64,000 nt of DNA from Chloroflexota bacterium. GTDB lineage: Bacteria > Chloroflexota > Limnocylindria > Limnocylindrales > CSP1-4. Below are positions 27,992-37,195 of this stretch, in pieces. A model generated the notes under the pieces. The model saw nothing but the letters and a program-made list of their open reading frames with translations. It did no database searches and was not told the origin of the DNA. The stretch lies in the NCBI GenBank assembly GCA_919901745.1, contig CAKKPP010000010.1, positions 180 to 64,179 of the forward strand, written 5' to 3'. Numbering within the stretch: the first letter of the stretch is position 1; each line of letters begins with the position of its first letter. The position numbers and the translations under genes were made by a program.

Positions 27992-29514
27992 TGGCAATCG
28001 CCTCCCGCCGCCTCGCCACGCCCTCGTCCGTGAATGCCGCGATCAAGCAGATCGCGGACGTCATGCGCCGCGCCAACTACGCCGGCGCGCTCCAGTACGT
28101 GCCGGAACTGTCATGGATCCTGTTCCTCCGGATCCTCGACGAACGTGAGGAGCTCGAGGCGGACGAGGCCGACGCCGTGGGCGTGGGCTTTCAGCAATCC
28201 GTCGCCGCGCCGTATCGCTGGCGCGACTGGGCAGCCAAGGGCGGCGCGAAGCGCGTGGCGCTCGTGGACGCGCCGATGGGCTCGTTCCTCGCGTTCGTCA
28301 ACGGGCAGCTGCTTCCGTACCTCCGCGGGCTGCGGGATCGGTCGGACGCGTCCGCGCGGCAGCGGGTGATCAGCCAGGTCGTGTCGGCCGTCGAGCGGGT
28401 CGGCGTCGACACGGAAAAGAACCTCCTCGACATCCTCGACCTCGTCGACCAGATCCGCCTCGAGGCCGTCGATCAGACGCACCTCTTCACGCTCAGCCAG
28501 GCCTACGAGGGCCTGCTCCAGAAGATGGGCGAGAAGAACAACGACGGCGGCCAGTTCTTCACCCCGCGCGAGGTCATCCGGGCGATCGTGCGCGCGGTCG
28601 ATCCGAAACTCGGCGAGACGGTCTACGACCCGGGTTGCGGCACCGGCGGCTTCCTCGCCCAGGCGTTCGAGTGGATGCGGACACGGCTGGGACCAGACGC
28701 CACCGCGGAGCAGCTGACGGCGCTCAGAGAGGACTCGTTCTGGGGTCGCGAGAAGGCGGATCTCGTCTACCCGATCGCCCTCGCCAACCTCGTGCTCCAC
28801 GGGATCGACCACCCGCACATCTGGCACGGCAACACCCTGACCGGACAGGAGGTTTACGGCGGGCTCTTCCTCGGCGCGCCGACCCTGTACGACGTGATCC
28901 TCATGAACCCGCCGTTCGGCGGGAAGGAGGGCCGCGAGGCCCAGACGCAGTTCGCCTACAAGACGAGCGCCACGCAGCTCCTCTTCCTCCAGCACGTGAT
29001 CAACTCGTTGAAGCCCGGCGGGCGCTGCGGGATGGTCATCGATGAGGGCGTGCTGTTCCGGACGACCGAGACGGCATTCGTCCAGACGAAGCGCAAGCTC
29101 CTCGACGACTGCGACCTGTGGTGCATCGTGTCCCTGCCGCCCGGCGTCTTCTCGTCCGCCGGCGCCGGCGTGAAGACGAACCTTCTCTTCTTCACGAAGG
29201 GCGGTCCGACGGAGCGAACCTGGTACTACGACCTCTCGGACATCAAGGTCACGAAGAAGCAGCCGCTGACGGTGGATCGCTTCGAGGAGTTCTTCGAACT
29301 CCTCCCGTCACGTGGCGATTCCGACCACTCGTGGACGGTCACCCGCGAGGCCATCGAGGCGCGCAATTTCGACTTGAAGGCGGTCAATCCGAACGCGAAG
29401 TCGACCGAGGACACGCGGACGCCGGAAGAGCTCCTCGACATCATCGAGGCCCAGGGCCGCGAGGTGGACGCGGCGATCGCGGAACTGCGGAGGCTGCTGG
29501 CGGAGGGTACCTAA
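27991..29514 (+). CDS. hsdM: Type I restriction-modification N6-adenine methyltransferase (M subunit)
   Basis: GQFFTPR, YDPGCGTGGFL, NPPFGG, LPPGVF...GVKTN and C-terminal helix. Confidence 0.93.
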   Translation: MAIASRRLATPSSVNAAIKQIADVMRRANYAGALQYVPELSWILFLRILDEREELEADEADAVGVGFQQSVAAPYRWRDWAAKGGAKRVALVDAPMGSFLAFVNGQLLPYLRGLRDRSDASARQRVISQVVSAVERVGVDTEKNLLDILDLVDQIRLEAVDQTHLFTLSQAYEGLLQKMGEKNNDGGQFFTPREVIRAIVRAVDPKLGETVYDPGCGTGGFLAQAFEWMRTRLGPDATAEQLTALREDSFWGREKADLVYPIALANLVLHGIDHPHIWHGNTLTGQEVYGGLFLGAPTLYDVILMNPPFGGKEGREAQTQFAYKTSATQLLFLQHVINSLKPGGRCGMVIDEGVLFRTTETAFVQTKRKLLDDCDLWCIVSLPPGVFSSAGAGVKTNLLFFTKGGPTERTWYYDLSDIKVTKKQPLTVDRFEEFFELLPSRGDSDHSWTVTREAIEARNFDLKAVNPNAKSTEDTRTPEELLDIIEAQGREVDAAIAELRRLLAEGT

Positions 29515-29593
29515 GGGTCTGGGGGGCCCAATCGACCGGCTCCGCAAGGCCTTCATGCCCGCGCCGATCGGCGGATCACCGACGAGACGATCG

Positions 29594-30850
29594 TCAGCCA
29601 GATCCGTCGCGGCTGACCGCTTCGAGCCGCTTCCGCAGCAGCGGTTGGGACATCCGCCGCGCGTCAAGCGTCGCCGCCCCGAGGAAGCCCAGGAACGTCG
29701 CCGTCCCCCGACCCATCGCCTCGGCGAACGCGTCGTCGGTCGCCAGGGCTTCGTCCTCGAACCAGAGGCCCTTGACCACGAGCGTCATCGTGGCGCGATC
29801 GAGCGCGGCGTCCATGCGCGCCACGAGGCGGTCACCCCACAGGATCGGAAGGGTGTAGTAGCCGAACTTGCGCTTCTCAGGCTTGTCGTAGACCTCCCAC
29901 TTGTAGTCGAAGTCGAAGACCCGGCGCGTGCGCTCGCGATCGTGGATCACGGGGTCGAGCGGCGAGAGGAAGGTCACCTCGTCGGTGGTCGTGGTCTCGA
30001 GGGGCTTCCAGGCGCGGGGGGTTCGACCGGCGGCCAGGGCCTCGAGAATCGGGAGATCGGAGGCCAGCCCGACGAGGCCGGCCAGCTTCACCCCCTCGAT
30101 GTCGACGTCGATGAGGGCACCCTCGGCCACCTTGCGCTGCTTCCAGGCCGATGCGTCGCGGGCTGAAAAGGGGCGCAGGAGCGAGCCCTGCGCGCCGTTG
30201 AGCTTGGTCAGGCCGGTGGCCGCCACGGCCTTCATCAGCAGGAAGTCGTCTGTCTCCGCGTCCAAAGCCTCGGCGAGCAGCGTGGCCGGCGCGACGGCCT
30301 CGGACGGTGCATAGACGCGCTCGAAGCGCTCGCGGCGAGTCACCATCGCCTCGCCGATCCGCCAGAGGTAGTGCAGCGCGATCGAGCTGTCCTTGCGGCC
30401 GCGATAGCTGTTGACACGGGTGCGTTCCGCGATCGCGAAGTCACGATTGCTGACCTCGCCGCGCTCCCGGAGGAGCGCTTGCATCTCATCGATCGCCGGG
30501 CGGTGTCCGTCCGCCGCCCACGTGGACCACCACTGGTGTCGCTCGCGGCGCATGAGAACGCGGTAGTGGGGCAGCTCATCCATTGGGCGCAGCGCCAGCC
30601 ACCCGCCCCATTCGAAGAACCGTCGTCGTTGGTAGGTGAGCGCCATCCAGTCGTCCGGCCGGTAGCCGATCACGCGGCTCGCGAGGGCAAGGTCCTGCGC
30701 CCGCGCGATGATCGCCAGCGGGTCCAGCTGGACGTGCTCCATCGTCCGCATCGCAAGCTCGGTGCCTCGGGGCACTCGCCAGCGGCGACCCGGCCAGAGG
30801 CCCTGCCGCCCGAGGAGATAGCGACGCGCGACCTCGACGGAAATCTGCAT
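29594..30850 (-). CDS. ycaQ: YcaQ/AlkZ-family (HTH_42) crosslink-repair DNA glycosylase
   Basis: VQLDP...RAQ, LSPLDPVIHDR and FDYKWEVY...RKFGYYTLPIL. Confidence 0.85.
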   Translation of the reverse strand: MQISVEVARRYLLGRQGLWPGRRWRVPRGTELAMRTMEHVQLDPLAIIARAQDLALASRVIGYRPDDWMALTYQRRRFFEWGGWLALRPMDELPHYRVLMRRERHQWWSTWAADGHRPAIDEMQALLRERGEVSNRDFAIAERTRVNSYRGRKDSSIALHYLWRIGEAMVTRRERFERVYAPSEAVAPATLLAEALDAETDDFLLMKAVAATGLTKLNGAQGSLLRPFSARDASAWKQRKVAEGALIDVDIEGVKLAGLVGLASDLPILEALAAGRTPRAWKPLETTTTDEVTFLSPLDPVIHDRERTRRVFDFDYKWEVYDKPEKRKFGYYTLPILWGDRLVARMDAALDRATMTLVVKGLWFEDEALATDDAFAEAMGRGTATFLGFLGAATLDARRMSQPLLRKRLEAVSRDGSG

Positions 30851-30874
30851 TCGGGCACGATACCCGGCACCGCG

Positions 30875-30925
30875 GGTCAATCGCGAGCGAAGGTCAATCG
30901 CGAGCGAAGGTCAGTCGCGAGCGAC
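30875..30925. repeat. 17-bp tandem repeat x3 at the vapC stop
   Basis: ggtcaatcgcgagcgaa / ggtcaatcgcgagcgaa / ggtcagtcgcgagcgac. Confidence 0.85.
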
Positions 30926-31453
30926 CGCTCGAACGCCCTCGCGGGCCTCGGCACGGAGCCGGGCGAGGTACGGCCCGAACCGGGCCCAGTCGATCGGCTC
31001 GCCACCGTAGGTCGCCGTCTCCTCGGCCAGGTGCCGCGGCGGCATGCCGTCGATCCGGATCGCGCGTCCGCCGGCCGCATCCGCCAGTCGCGCGTCGAGT
31101 GTGATGAGTTGCCCGTCCTCGGCCTCGACCAGAGCCAGGTACACGGCGTCGTAGGCGGGGAGCCGATGGCGCTGCTGCATGTCGATGGCGGCGAGCAGAA
31201 GAGCTCGGTCGAGGCGTATCGATTCGATCGCGAGATCGTCGATGTCCCGGAGCGCGCCGACGATCTCCTCGGATGTCGCGGAGTACCGTCGAGCAAGGAC
31301 ATTGACGAGCTCGATCCAGAACACATCCGGGACGAGCAGTCGCTGCCCTGCGGCCCCGTGCTGCGCGATCGTCCGACGCGCGCTGGGGGCGACGGGCTCC
31401 CGACGAATGAGGGCAATGGCCACGGAGGCGTCGACGACGATCGGCATCGGCAT
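30911..31453 (-). CDS. vapC: PIN-domain toxin
   Basis: IVVDASVA, WIELVNVL, AYDAVYLAL and ITLDARL. Confidence 0.9.
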   Translation of the reverse strand: MPMPIVVDASVAIALIRREPVAPSARRTIAQHGAAGQRLLVPDVFWIELVNVLARRYSATSEEIVGALRDIDDLAIESIRLDRALLLAAIDMQQRHRLPAYDAVYLALVEAEDGQLITLDARLADAAGGRAIRIDGMPPRHLAEETATYGGEPIDWARFGPYLARLRAEAREGVRAVARD

Positions 31454-31734
31454 CAGCGCGAGTCGCGCTCGAGACGGATCGCCGTCGCGGCATCGAGCGC
31501 GTCGGGATCCCGTTCGCGGAGGCGGTCGCCAAGCGCGGCCAGCCGGTCCAGCGCCGCTTCGATCCGAGCGCGCCGTGCCTCGCCGTCATCGCTGAGCCGA
31601 TGCCCGTCCTCCACGGACACGAGCATGGCCATCGGCCGATGGTCCCGCTCGATGACGAACTGCTCACCGGCAGATGCCTCGTCGAGGATCCGCCCGAGCG
31701 AACGGCGAAGATCGAGCGCGGTGATGACTCTCAT
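31453..31734 (-). CDS. Phd/YefM-family antitoxin
   Basis: MRVITALDLRRSLGRILDEASAGEQFVIERDHRPMAML; TGATG-coupled to vapC. Confidence 0.88.
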   Translation of the reverse strand: MRVITALDLRRSLGRILDEASAGEQFVIERDHRPMAMLVSVEDGHRLSDDGEARRARIEAALDRLAALGDRLRERDPDALDAATAIRLERDSR

Positions 31735-32041
31735 GGTCGACCATGATAGCAGACATGCATAATCTGTAACCACCACTCGGTGGTTCCCGACGAAGGGCTC
31801 CGAAGATCGCGTGAACCGTGACGCCCGCCCGCGCATCGAATAGGGTGAGCGCCCAGGTTTGCGATGGATGGAGGGCCAGATCAGCCGAAATCGGATTGAC
31901 ACCGGCCGCCATCGCCACCCACACTGCGGCCCTGACGCAACCCCCGCGGGTGTCCGACCGGAGCACCGTTCGGCCCGTTATCCGGGACCCGTTCGCCGCG
32001 GCGGCAACAGGGAGCCCGGCGCTGCTGTAGAGGAGAGGCAC

Positions 32042-33100
32042 ATGTTCGCTCGTCTTGCCCAGGGCCCGCACGGCCGCGCCGGTCGGTCGCTCGGAGGCGT
32101 GGCCCTGGTGGTCATCGCGCTGGTCCTCGCCGCCTGCCAGGGAACCGCGTCCCCGGCGCCGGGCAGCGATACGGTCAAGGTCTTCGGGGCCTTCGCGACG
32201 CAGATCGAGGAGCCCTGGGACGGCGTCATCCACGCGGCTCTCGAGGCCGAGCAGGCTGCCGGTCGCATCGAGTACACCTTCAGCGACGACATCGGCTACG
32301 CCGGCGACATGGAGCGGGTCCTGCGCGAAACCGCGGAAAAGGACAAGCCCGACATCATCTTCGGCGACGCGTTCGGCAATGAAGAGGCGGTCCGAAAGGT
32401 CGCGGCCGACTTCCCGGACATCGCGTTCGTGTTCGGCTCGGGCGGAGGCCCGGCGAACCCGAACTTCTCGGTCTTCGACAACTGGATCCATGAGCCCGCG
32501 TACCTCGCGGGAATGATCGCGGGTGGTCTCACCACGTCCGGTGTCATCGGCGTCGTCGGCGGGTATCCCGTCCCCGAGGTCAACCGGATCATCAACGCCT
32601 TCATCCAGGGCGCCCAGGCCACGAACGAATCCGTCGAAGTCAAGGTCACCTTCCTGAACAGCTGGTTCGACCCGGGCGCCGCCAAGGAGGCGGCTCTGGC
32701 CCAGGTTGGTGCGGGCGCGGACGTCCTGTACGCCGAGCGGTTCGGCGTCATCGAGGCGGCCCAGGAGAAGGGGCTCGTGGCCGTCGGCAACATGAGCGAC
32801 CAGCAGAGCCTCGCTCCCGGCAACGTGGTAACGAGCGTGACCTGGAACATGGGACCGACGGTCAAGTACGTCATCGACCAGGTGATCGCGGCCTCGTACA
32901 CCAGCCAGGACCTGAAGGACTTCTCGATGGTCGGCAAGGGTGGTGCCGCGCTGGCCGCGGTCAACACCGGCGTGCCGGGCGGCGTGTCCGACGCGCTCAA
33001 GGCCGAGGTGGCAGCGCGCGAGGCCGAGATCAAGGCCGGTACGTTCCGCGTCGACATCAATGAGGCACAGCCGCCCGGCTCGACGATCGCGGGCGGCTAG
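32042..33100 (+). CDS. BMP-family ABC transporter substrate-binding lipoprotein (nucleoside/nucleobase)
   Basis: Lipobox LAAC; EPAYLAG, SWFDP and GADV motifs. Confidence 0.9.
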   Translation: MFARLAQGPHGRAGRSLGGVALVVIALVLAACQGTASPAPGSDTVKVFGAFATQIEEPWDGVIHAALEAEQAAGRIEYTFSDDIGYAGDMERVLRETAEKDKPDIIFGDAFGNEEAVRKVAADFPDIAFVFGSGGGPANPNFSVFDNWIHEPAYLAGMIAGGLTTSGVIGVVGGYPVPEVNRIINAFIQGAQATNESVEVKVTFLNSWFDPGAAKEAALAQVGAGADVLYAERFGVIEAAQEKGLVAVGNMSDQQSLAPGNVVTSVTWNMGPTVKYVIDQVIAASYTSQDLKDFSMVGKGGAALAAVNTGVPGGVSDALKAEVAAREAEIKAGTFRVDINEAQPPGSTIAGG

Positions 33101-33114
33101 ACCAGCCGCCGTCG

Positions 33115-34668
33115 GTGGTCGGCGGGGAGACGTCCGGGCCCGAGGTCGCCCTGGAGCTTCGTGGGATCACGAAGCGCTTCGGCGACCTCGTCGCCAACGA
33201 CGCCATCGATCTCGACGTCCGCCGCGGTGAGATCCATGCCCTGCTCGGGGAGAACGGGGCCGGCAAGACCACCGTCATGCGGGTGGCGTACGGCCTGAGC
33301 CACGCCGATTCGGGTGAGATCCGGGTCAACGGCACGCTGGTCCATGTCCGCTCGCCGCGGGACGCGATCGCCGCGGGGATCGGCATGGTCACGCAGCACT
33401 TTTCGCTTGTCCGACCCATGACCGTGGCCGAAAACCTGGCCCTCGGGCGGTCCGGCGGCCTGCGGCTCGACCTAAACGCCGCCCGGCGAACCGCCGCCGA
33501 CGCGTCGATGCGCTTCGGGATTCGCGTGGATCCAGACGCGATCGTCGGTAACCTCTCCGTGGGCGAGCAGCAACGCGTGGAGATCCTGAAGGCGCTCGCC
33601 CGCGACTGCCGGATCCTCATCCTCGACGAGCCGACCGCGGTGCTGGTCCCCCAGGAGGTGGACGCCCTGTTCGCCACGCTCCAGCGGCTCGTCGCCGATG
33701 GCCTCGGCGTGGTGTTCATCAGCCACAAGCTCGGGGAGGTCCGGGCGATCAGCCAGCGCGTCAGCGTCCTGCGCCGGGGCCGGATGATGGGCACGGTCCC
33801 GGGCACCACGGCGGAGGGGGAACTGGCCCGGCTGATGATCGGGCGACCGATCGCCGGCGACAAACGAGCGGCGCCAACCCACGACGATGCAGGCGGCGGG
33901 GTCGGCGATCCACGAGGTGTCCTCTCGATCCGCGACCTCCGCGTGGCAGGCTCGCATGGGACGGCCGTGATCGATGGGCTCTCCCTCGATGTGCGGGCCG
34001 GGGAGATCCTGGGGATCGCCGGGGTGTCGGGCAACGGCCAGACCGAACTCGTCGACCTCCTCTCGGGCATGCGCATGCCGCTTGGCGGGTCGGTCGTGGT
34101 CGACGGGGTGGACGTGACCGGGCTGGGACCGGCCGAGATGGTGGAGGCCGGCGTCGGCCGCATCCCGGAGGACCGCCACGCGAGCCTGATCCCTGAGCTG
34201 TCCGTTGCCTACAACCTCGTCATGGAACGGCTCGACGAGTTCCGGCGGGCGGGTCGACTCGACGAGCGAGCGATCAACGAGCACGCCGATCGGCTCATCG
34301 AACGGTTCGCCATCAAGGCTCACCGCGGCGACCGTGTGGCCGCGCTCTCCGGGGGAAACATCCAGAAAGTGCTGCTTGCCCGGGTGCTGAGCCGCGACCC
34401 GAAGGTGCTCGTCGTGTCGCAGCCGACCCGCGGACTGGACGTGGGAGCCACCGAGTATGTTCGGTCCCAGCTCGTGGCGCGGCGCACGGCGGGTGCCGCG
34501 GTCCTCCTCGTGTCCGAGGACCTGGACGAGTTGCTCGACCTGGCGGATCGCCTCGTCGTCATCTACGAGGGGCGGATCGTCGGCGAGATGGCCGTCGGCG
34601 ACGCCGACCCGGAACGGCTCGGGCTGCTCATGGCCGGCCGAGGCGCGGCTGGGGGCGCGGCTGCATGA
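33115..34668 (+). CDS. Nucleoside ABC transporter ATPase (double domain)
   Basis: GENGAGKT, ILDEPTAVL, LSGGNIQK and QPTRGLDVGA. Confidence 0.93.
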   Translation: MVGGETSGPEVALELRGITKRFGDLVANDAIDLDVRRGEIHALLGENGAGKTTVMRVAYGLSHADSGEIRVNGTLVHVRSPRDAIAAGIGMVTQHFSLVRPMTVAENLALGRSGGLRLDLNAARRTAADASMRFGIRVDPDAIVGNLSVGEQQRVEILKALARDCRILILDEPTAVLVPQEVDALFATLQRLVADGLGVVFISHKLGEVRAISQRVSVLRRGRMMGTVPGTTAEGELARLMIGRPIAGDKRAAPTHDDAGGGVGDPRGVLSIRDLRVAGSHGTAVIDGLSLDVRAGEILGIAGVSGNGQTELVDLLSGMRMPLGGSVVVDGVDVTGLGPAEMVEAGVGRIPEDRHASLIPELSVAYNLVMERLDEFRRAGRLDERAINEHADRLIERFAIKAHRGDRVAALSGGNIQKVLLARVLSRDPKVLVVSQPTRGLDVGATEYVRSQLVARRTAGAAVLLVSEDLDELLDLADRLVVIYEGRIVGEMAVGDADPERLGLLMAGRGAAGGAAA

Positions 34669-35801
34669 CCGGGCCCGCGTCGGCTCGCGCGCGTGTGACG
34701 GCGTGGCGACCGTCGCGCTGGTCGAGCCCGGTCATCGTCGGGTGGGCCGTCCTCATCACCTTCGCCCTCACCGCCGGCCCGATCCTGCTGGCCGGTGCCA
34801 ATCCGATCGCCGCGTACGGCGAGTTTCTCGTCGTCCCGCTCACGTCGCGCTTCTCGATCCTGGAAGTCCTGGTGGCCGCCACGCCGATCCTGTTCACCGG
34901 CGCGGCCGTGGCGATCGCCTTCCGGGCCGGCTACTGGAACATCGGGGCCGAAGGACAACTCCTGCTCGGCGCGATCGCAGCGGCGGGTGTCGGTGCGGCC
35001 GCCGGCGACCTGCCGCCGATCGTCGTCCTGCCGGCGATGCTGCTGGCGGGGGGGGTCGCCGGAGCGGCCTGGGCGCTGGTCCCGGCACTGCTCCGTGTCC
35101 GGTTCGGGATCGACGAGGTGGTCACGACGCTCCTGCTGAACCCGGTGGCGCTGCTCGTCGTCAACGGCCTCCTCCACGGCCCGTGGCGCGATCCGGTGAC
35201 CGGCTTCCCGGAGTCGCCGCGGATCGCCGCCGCGGCCGAGTTCCCCGCCTTCCTCGAGCGGTCGCGACTCCACCTCGGGTTCGTCATCGCCCTCGTCATC
35301 ATCGCGGCGGCCTGGTACGTGGTCGCACGGACACCGGCCGGGTTGCGGCTTCGAGCTGCCGGCCTGAGTCCGATCGGCGCGCGGTTCGCCGGGATCGACG
35401 TCTCCTGGGTTGTCTTCCGAGCCGCGCTGATCAGCGGTGCGATCGCCGGACTGGCCGGGGTCAGCGAGGTGGCCGGGATCCAGTTCCGGCTCACCAGTGG
35501 GCTCTCGCCCGGATACGGCTATACGGGGATCGTTGTGGCGACGCTCGGCTCGCTGTCCCTACCCGGCGTGGCCCTTGCGGCACTGTTCCTCGGCGACCTG
35601 ACAGTGGGTGCGAGTTCGGCGGCGCGCGCCCTCGAGATCCCATCGCAGCTCGGTGCCGTGGTCCAGGGCGTGCTCCTCCTCACCACGATCGGCCTGATCG
35701 CCCTTCGCCGGTCTCGCGGCGGCACGACACGACGCCCCACGCTGGATCCGCAGGCCCCACCGGATCCGCCGCCGATGGGTAACGGGGAGGCAGGCCCGTG
35801 A
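34665..35801 (+). CDS. Nucleoside ABC transporter permease
   Basis: WNIGAEGQ, DEVVTTLLLN and GYGYTGI. Confidence 0.9.
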   Translation: MTGPASARARVTAWRPSRWSSPVIVGWAVLITFALTAGPILLAGANPIAAYGEFLVVPLTSRFSILEVLVAATPILFTGAAVAIAFRAGYWNIGAEGQLLLGAIAAAGVGAAAGDLPPIVVLPAMLLAGGVAGAAWALVPALLRVRFGIDEVVTTLLLNPVALLVVNGLLHGPWRDPVTGFPESPRIAAAAEFPAFLERSRLHLGFVIALVIIAAAWYVVARTPAGLRLRAAGLSPIGARFAGIDVSWVVFRAALISGAIAGLAGVSEVAGIQFRLTSGLSPGYGYTGIVVATLGSLSLPGVALAALFLGDLTVGASSAARALEIPSQLGAVVQGVLLLTTIGLIALRRSRGGTTRRPTLDPQAPPDPPPMGNGEAGP

Positions 35802-36712
35802 CCTTCATCATCGACCTGCTCGCAGCCACGCTGCGCAACGCGACACCGCTCATCTACGGCACCGTCGGCGAGACGTACAGCGAGCGCTCGGGCGTCCTCA
35901 ACCTCGGAATCGAGGGAACGATGTACGCCGGCGCCTTCGCGGGGTTCGCGACAGCGGCCGCAACGGGCTCTCCATTGATCGGATTGGCTGCCGCGCTCGT
36001 GGTCGGGGTGCTGGCCGGGGCGATCATGGCGTTCCTGACCGTCACGCTCGGTGCCAACCAGCATGTCTCCGGGATCGGTCTGACGATCATGCTCATCGGC
36101 GTGGCCGAGTTCGCCAACCGGCTGATCTTCACGGGGACCGACCTCCAGCGAATCGAGCCGATGCCGCTGCTGGATCCGCTGGCCGTCCTTGGGCCGGGCG
36201 GCGAGGTGTTCCGGCAATACGCCCTCACCTACGTGGCGTTCCTCCTGGTTGTTCCCGTCGCCTGGTGGGTTCTCCAGCGCTCCAGCTTCGGGCTCGAGAT
36301 CCGGGCCGTCGGCGAGAACCCCGAGGCGGCCGATGCGGCCGGCGTCAACGTCGCGCGGACGCGCTATCTGGCGCTCATGATCGGCGGCGCGCTGATGGCG
36401 ATCGGGGGCGCGTTCTTCACCCTCGCCGTCCTCGGCAGCTTCACCCTCGACATCATCGCCGGGCGCGGCTGGGTCTGCGTGGCCCTGGTCATCTTCGGTC
36501 GCTGGCGAATCGGGCGAGGCGTCCTCGGGGCGCTCGTGTTCTCATTCGTCTACTCGCTCCAGTTCCGGCTGCGCATCCTGCCGGGCTTCGGCGAACTCCC
36601 GTTCGAATTGCTGCTGGCGCTCCCCTACCTCGTGGTCATCCTTGCCCTGGCGCTGTCCGGCCGGAACGTCGCCTACCCCGGGGCCTACCTGAAGCCATAT
36701 CGCCGCAGTTGA
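35798..36712 (+). CDS. Nucleoside ABC transporter permease
   Basis: SERSGVLNLGIEG, RAVGENP and LPY. Confidence 0.9.
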   Translation: MTFIIDLLAATLRNATPLIYGTVGETYSERSGVLNLGIEGTMYAGAFAGFATAAATGSPLIGLAAALVVGVLAGAIMAFLTVTLGANQHVSGIGLTIMLIGVAEFANRLIFTGTDLQRIEPMPLLDPLAVLGPGGEVFRQYALTYVAFLLVVPVAWWVLQRSSFGLEIRAVGENPEAADAAGVNVARTRYLALMIGGALMAIGGAFFTLAVLGSFTLDIIAGRGWVCVALVIFGRWRIGRGVLGALVFSFVYSLQFRLRILPGFGELPFELLLALPYLVVILALALSGRNVAYPGAYLKPYRRS

Positions 36713-36723
36713 GGAGGACGCAC

Positions 36724-37179
36724 ATGGACCTCGACCGGGACCGGGAATTCCTGGCCGTCGCGATCGAACAGGCGCGGATCGGCGGATCCGAGGGCGGCGT
36801 CCCGATCGGCGGGGCGCTCGTGGTCGATGGAACGGTGCTGGGGGCCGGCCACAATCGACGGATCCAGCAGGGCAGCGCGATCCGCCACGGCGAAACCGAT
36901 GCGCTCGAGAATGCCGGTCGGCTGTCCGCGTCGGTCTACCGCCGGGCGACGATGTACACGACCCTCTCGCCGTGCGACATGTGCTCCGGGGCGATCCTGC
37001 TCTACGGGATCCCACGTGTCGTCCTCGGCGAGAACCGCACGTTCATGGGCGCCGAGGACCTTCTCCGCTCGCGCGGGGTCGAGGTGATCAACCTGGATTC
37101 CGACGAATGCTTCGAGCTCATGCGTGCGTTCATCGCCGCGAACCCGGCGGCATGGAACGAGGACATCGGCGAGGAGTAG
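36724..37179 (+). CDS. Zn-dependent nucleoside/cytosine deaminase (Fcy1-like)
   Basis: EGGVPIG, HGETDALENAG, TLSPCDMC and WNEDIGE; GAGGAGG RBS. Confidence 0.9.
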   Translation: MDLDRDREFLAVAIEQARIGGSEGGVPIGGALVVDGTVLGAGHNRRIQQGSAIRHGETDALENAGRLSASVYRRATMYTTLSPCDMCSGAILLYGIPRVVLGENRTFMGAEDLLRSRGVEVINLDSDECFELMRAFIAANPAAWNEDIGEE

Positions 37180-37195
37180 CGCCGGGCTGACGCGA

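Noticed and set aside
30875-30925. Repeat as a mini-CRISPR
   Set aside because: No spacers, the unit is only 17 bp, and there are no cas genes.
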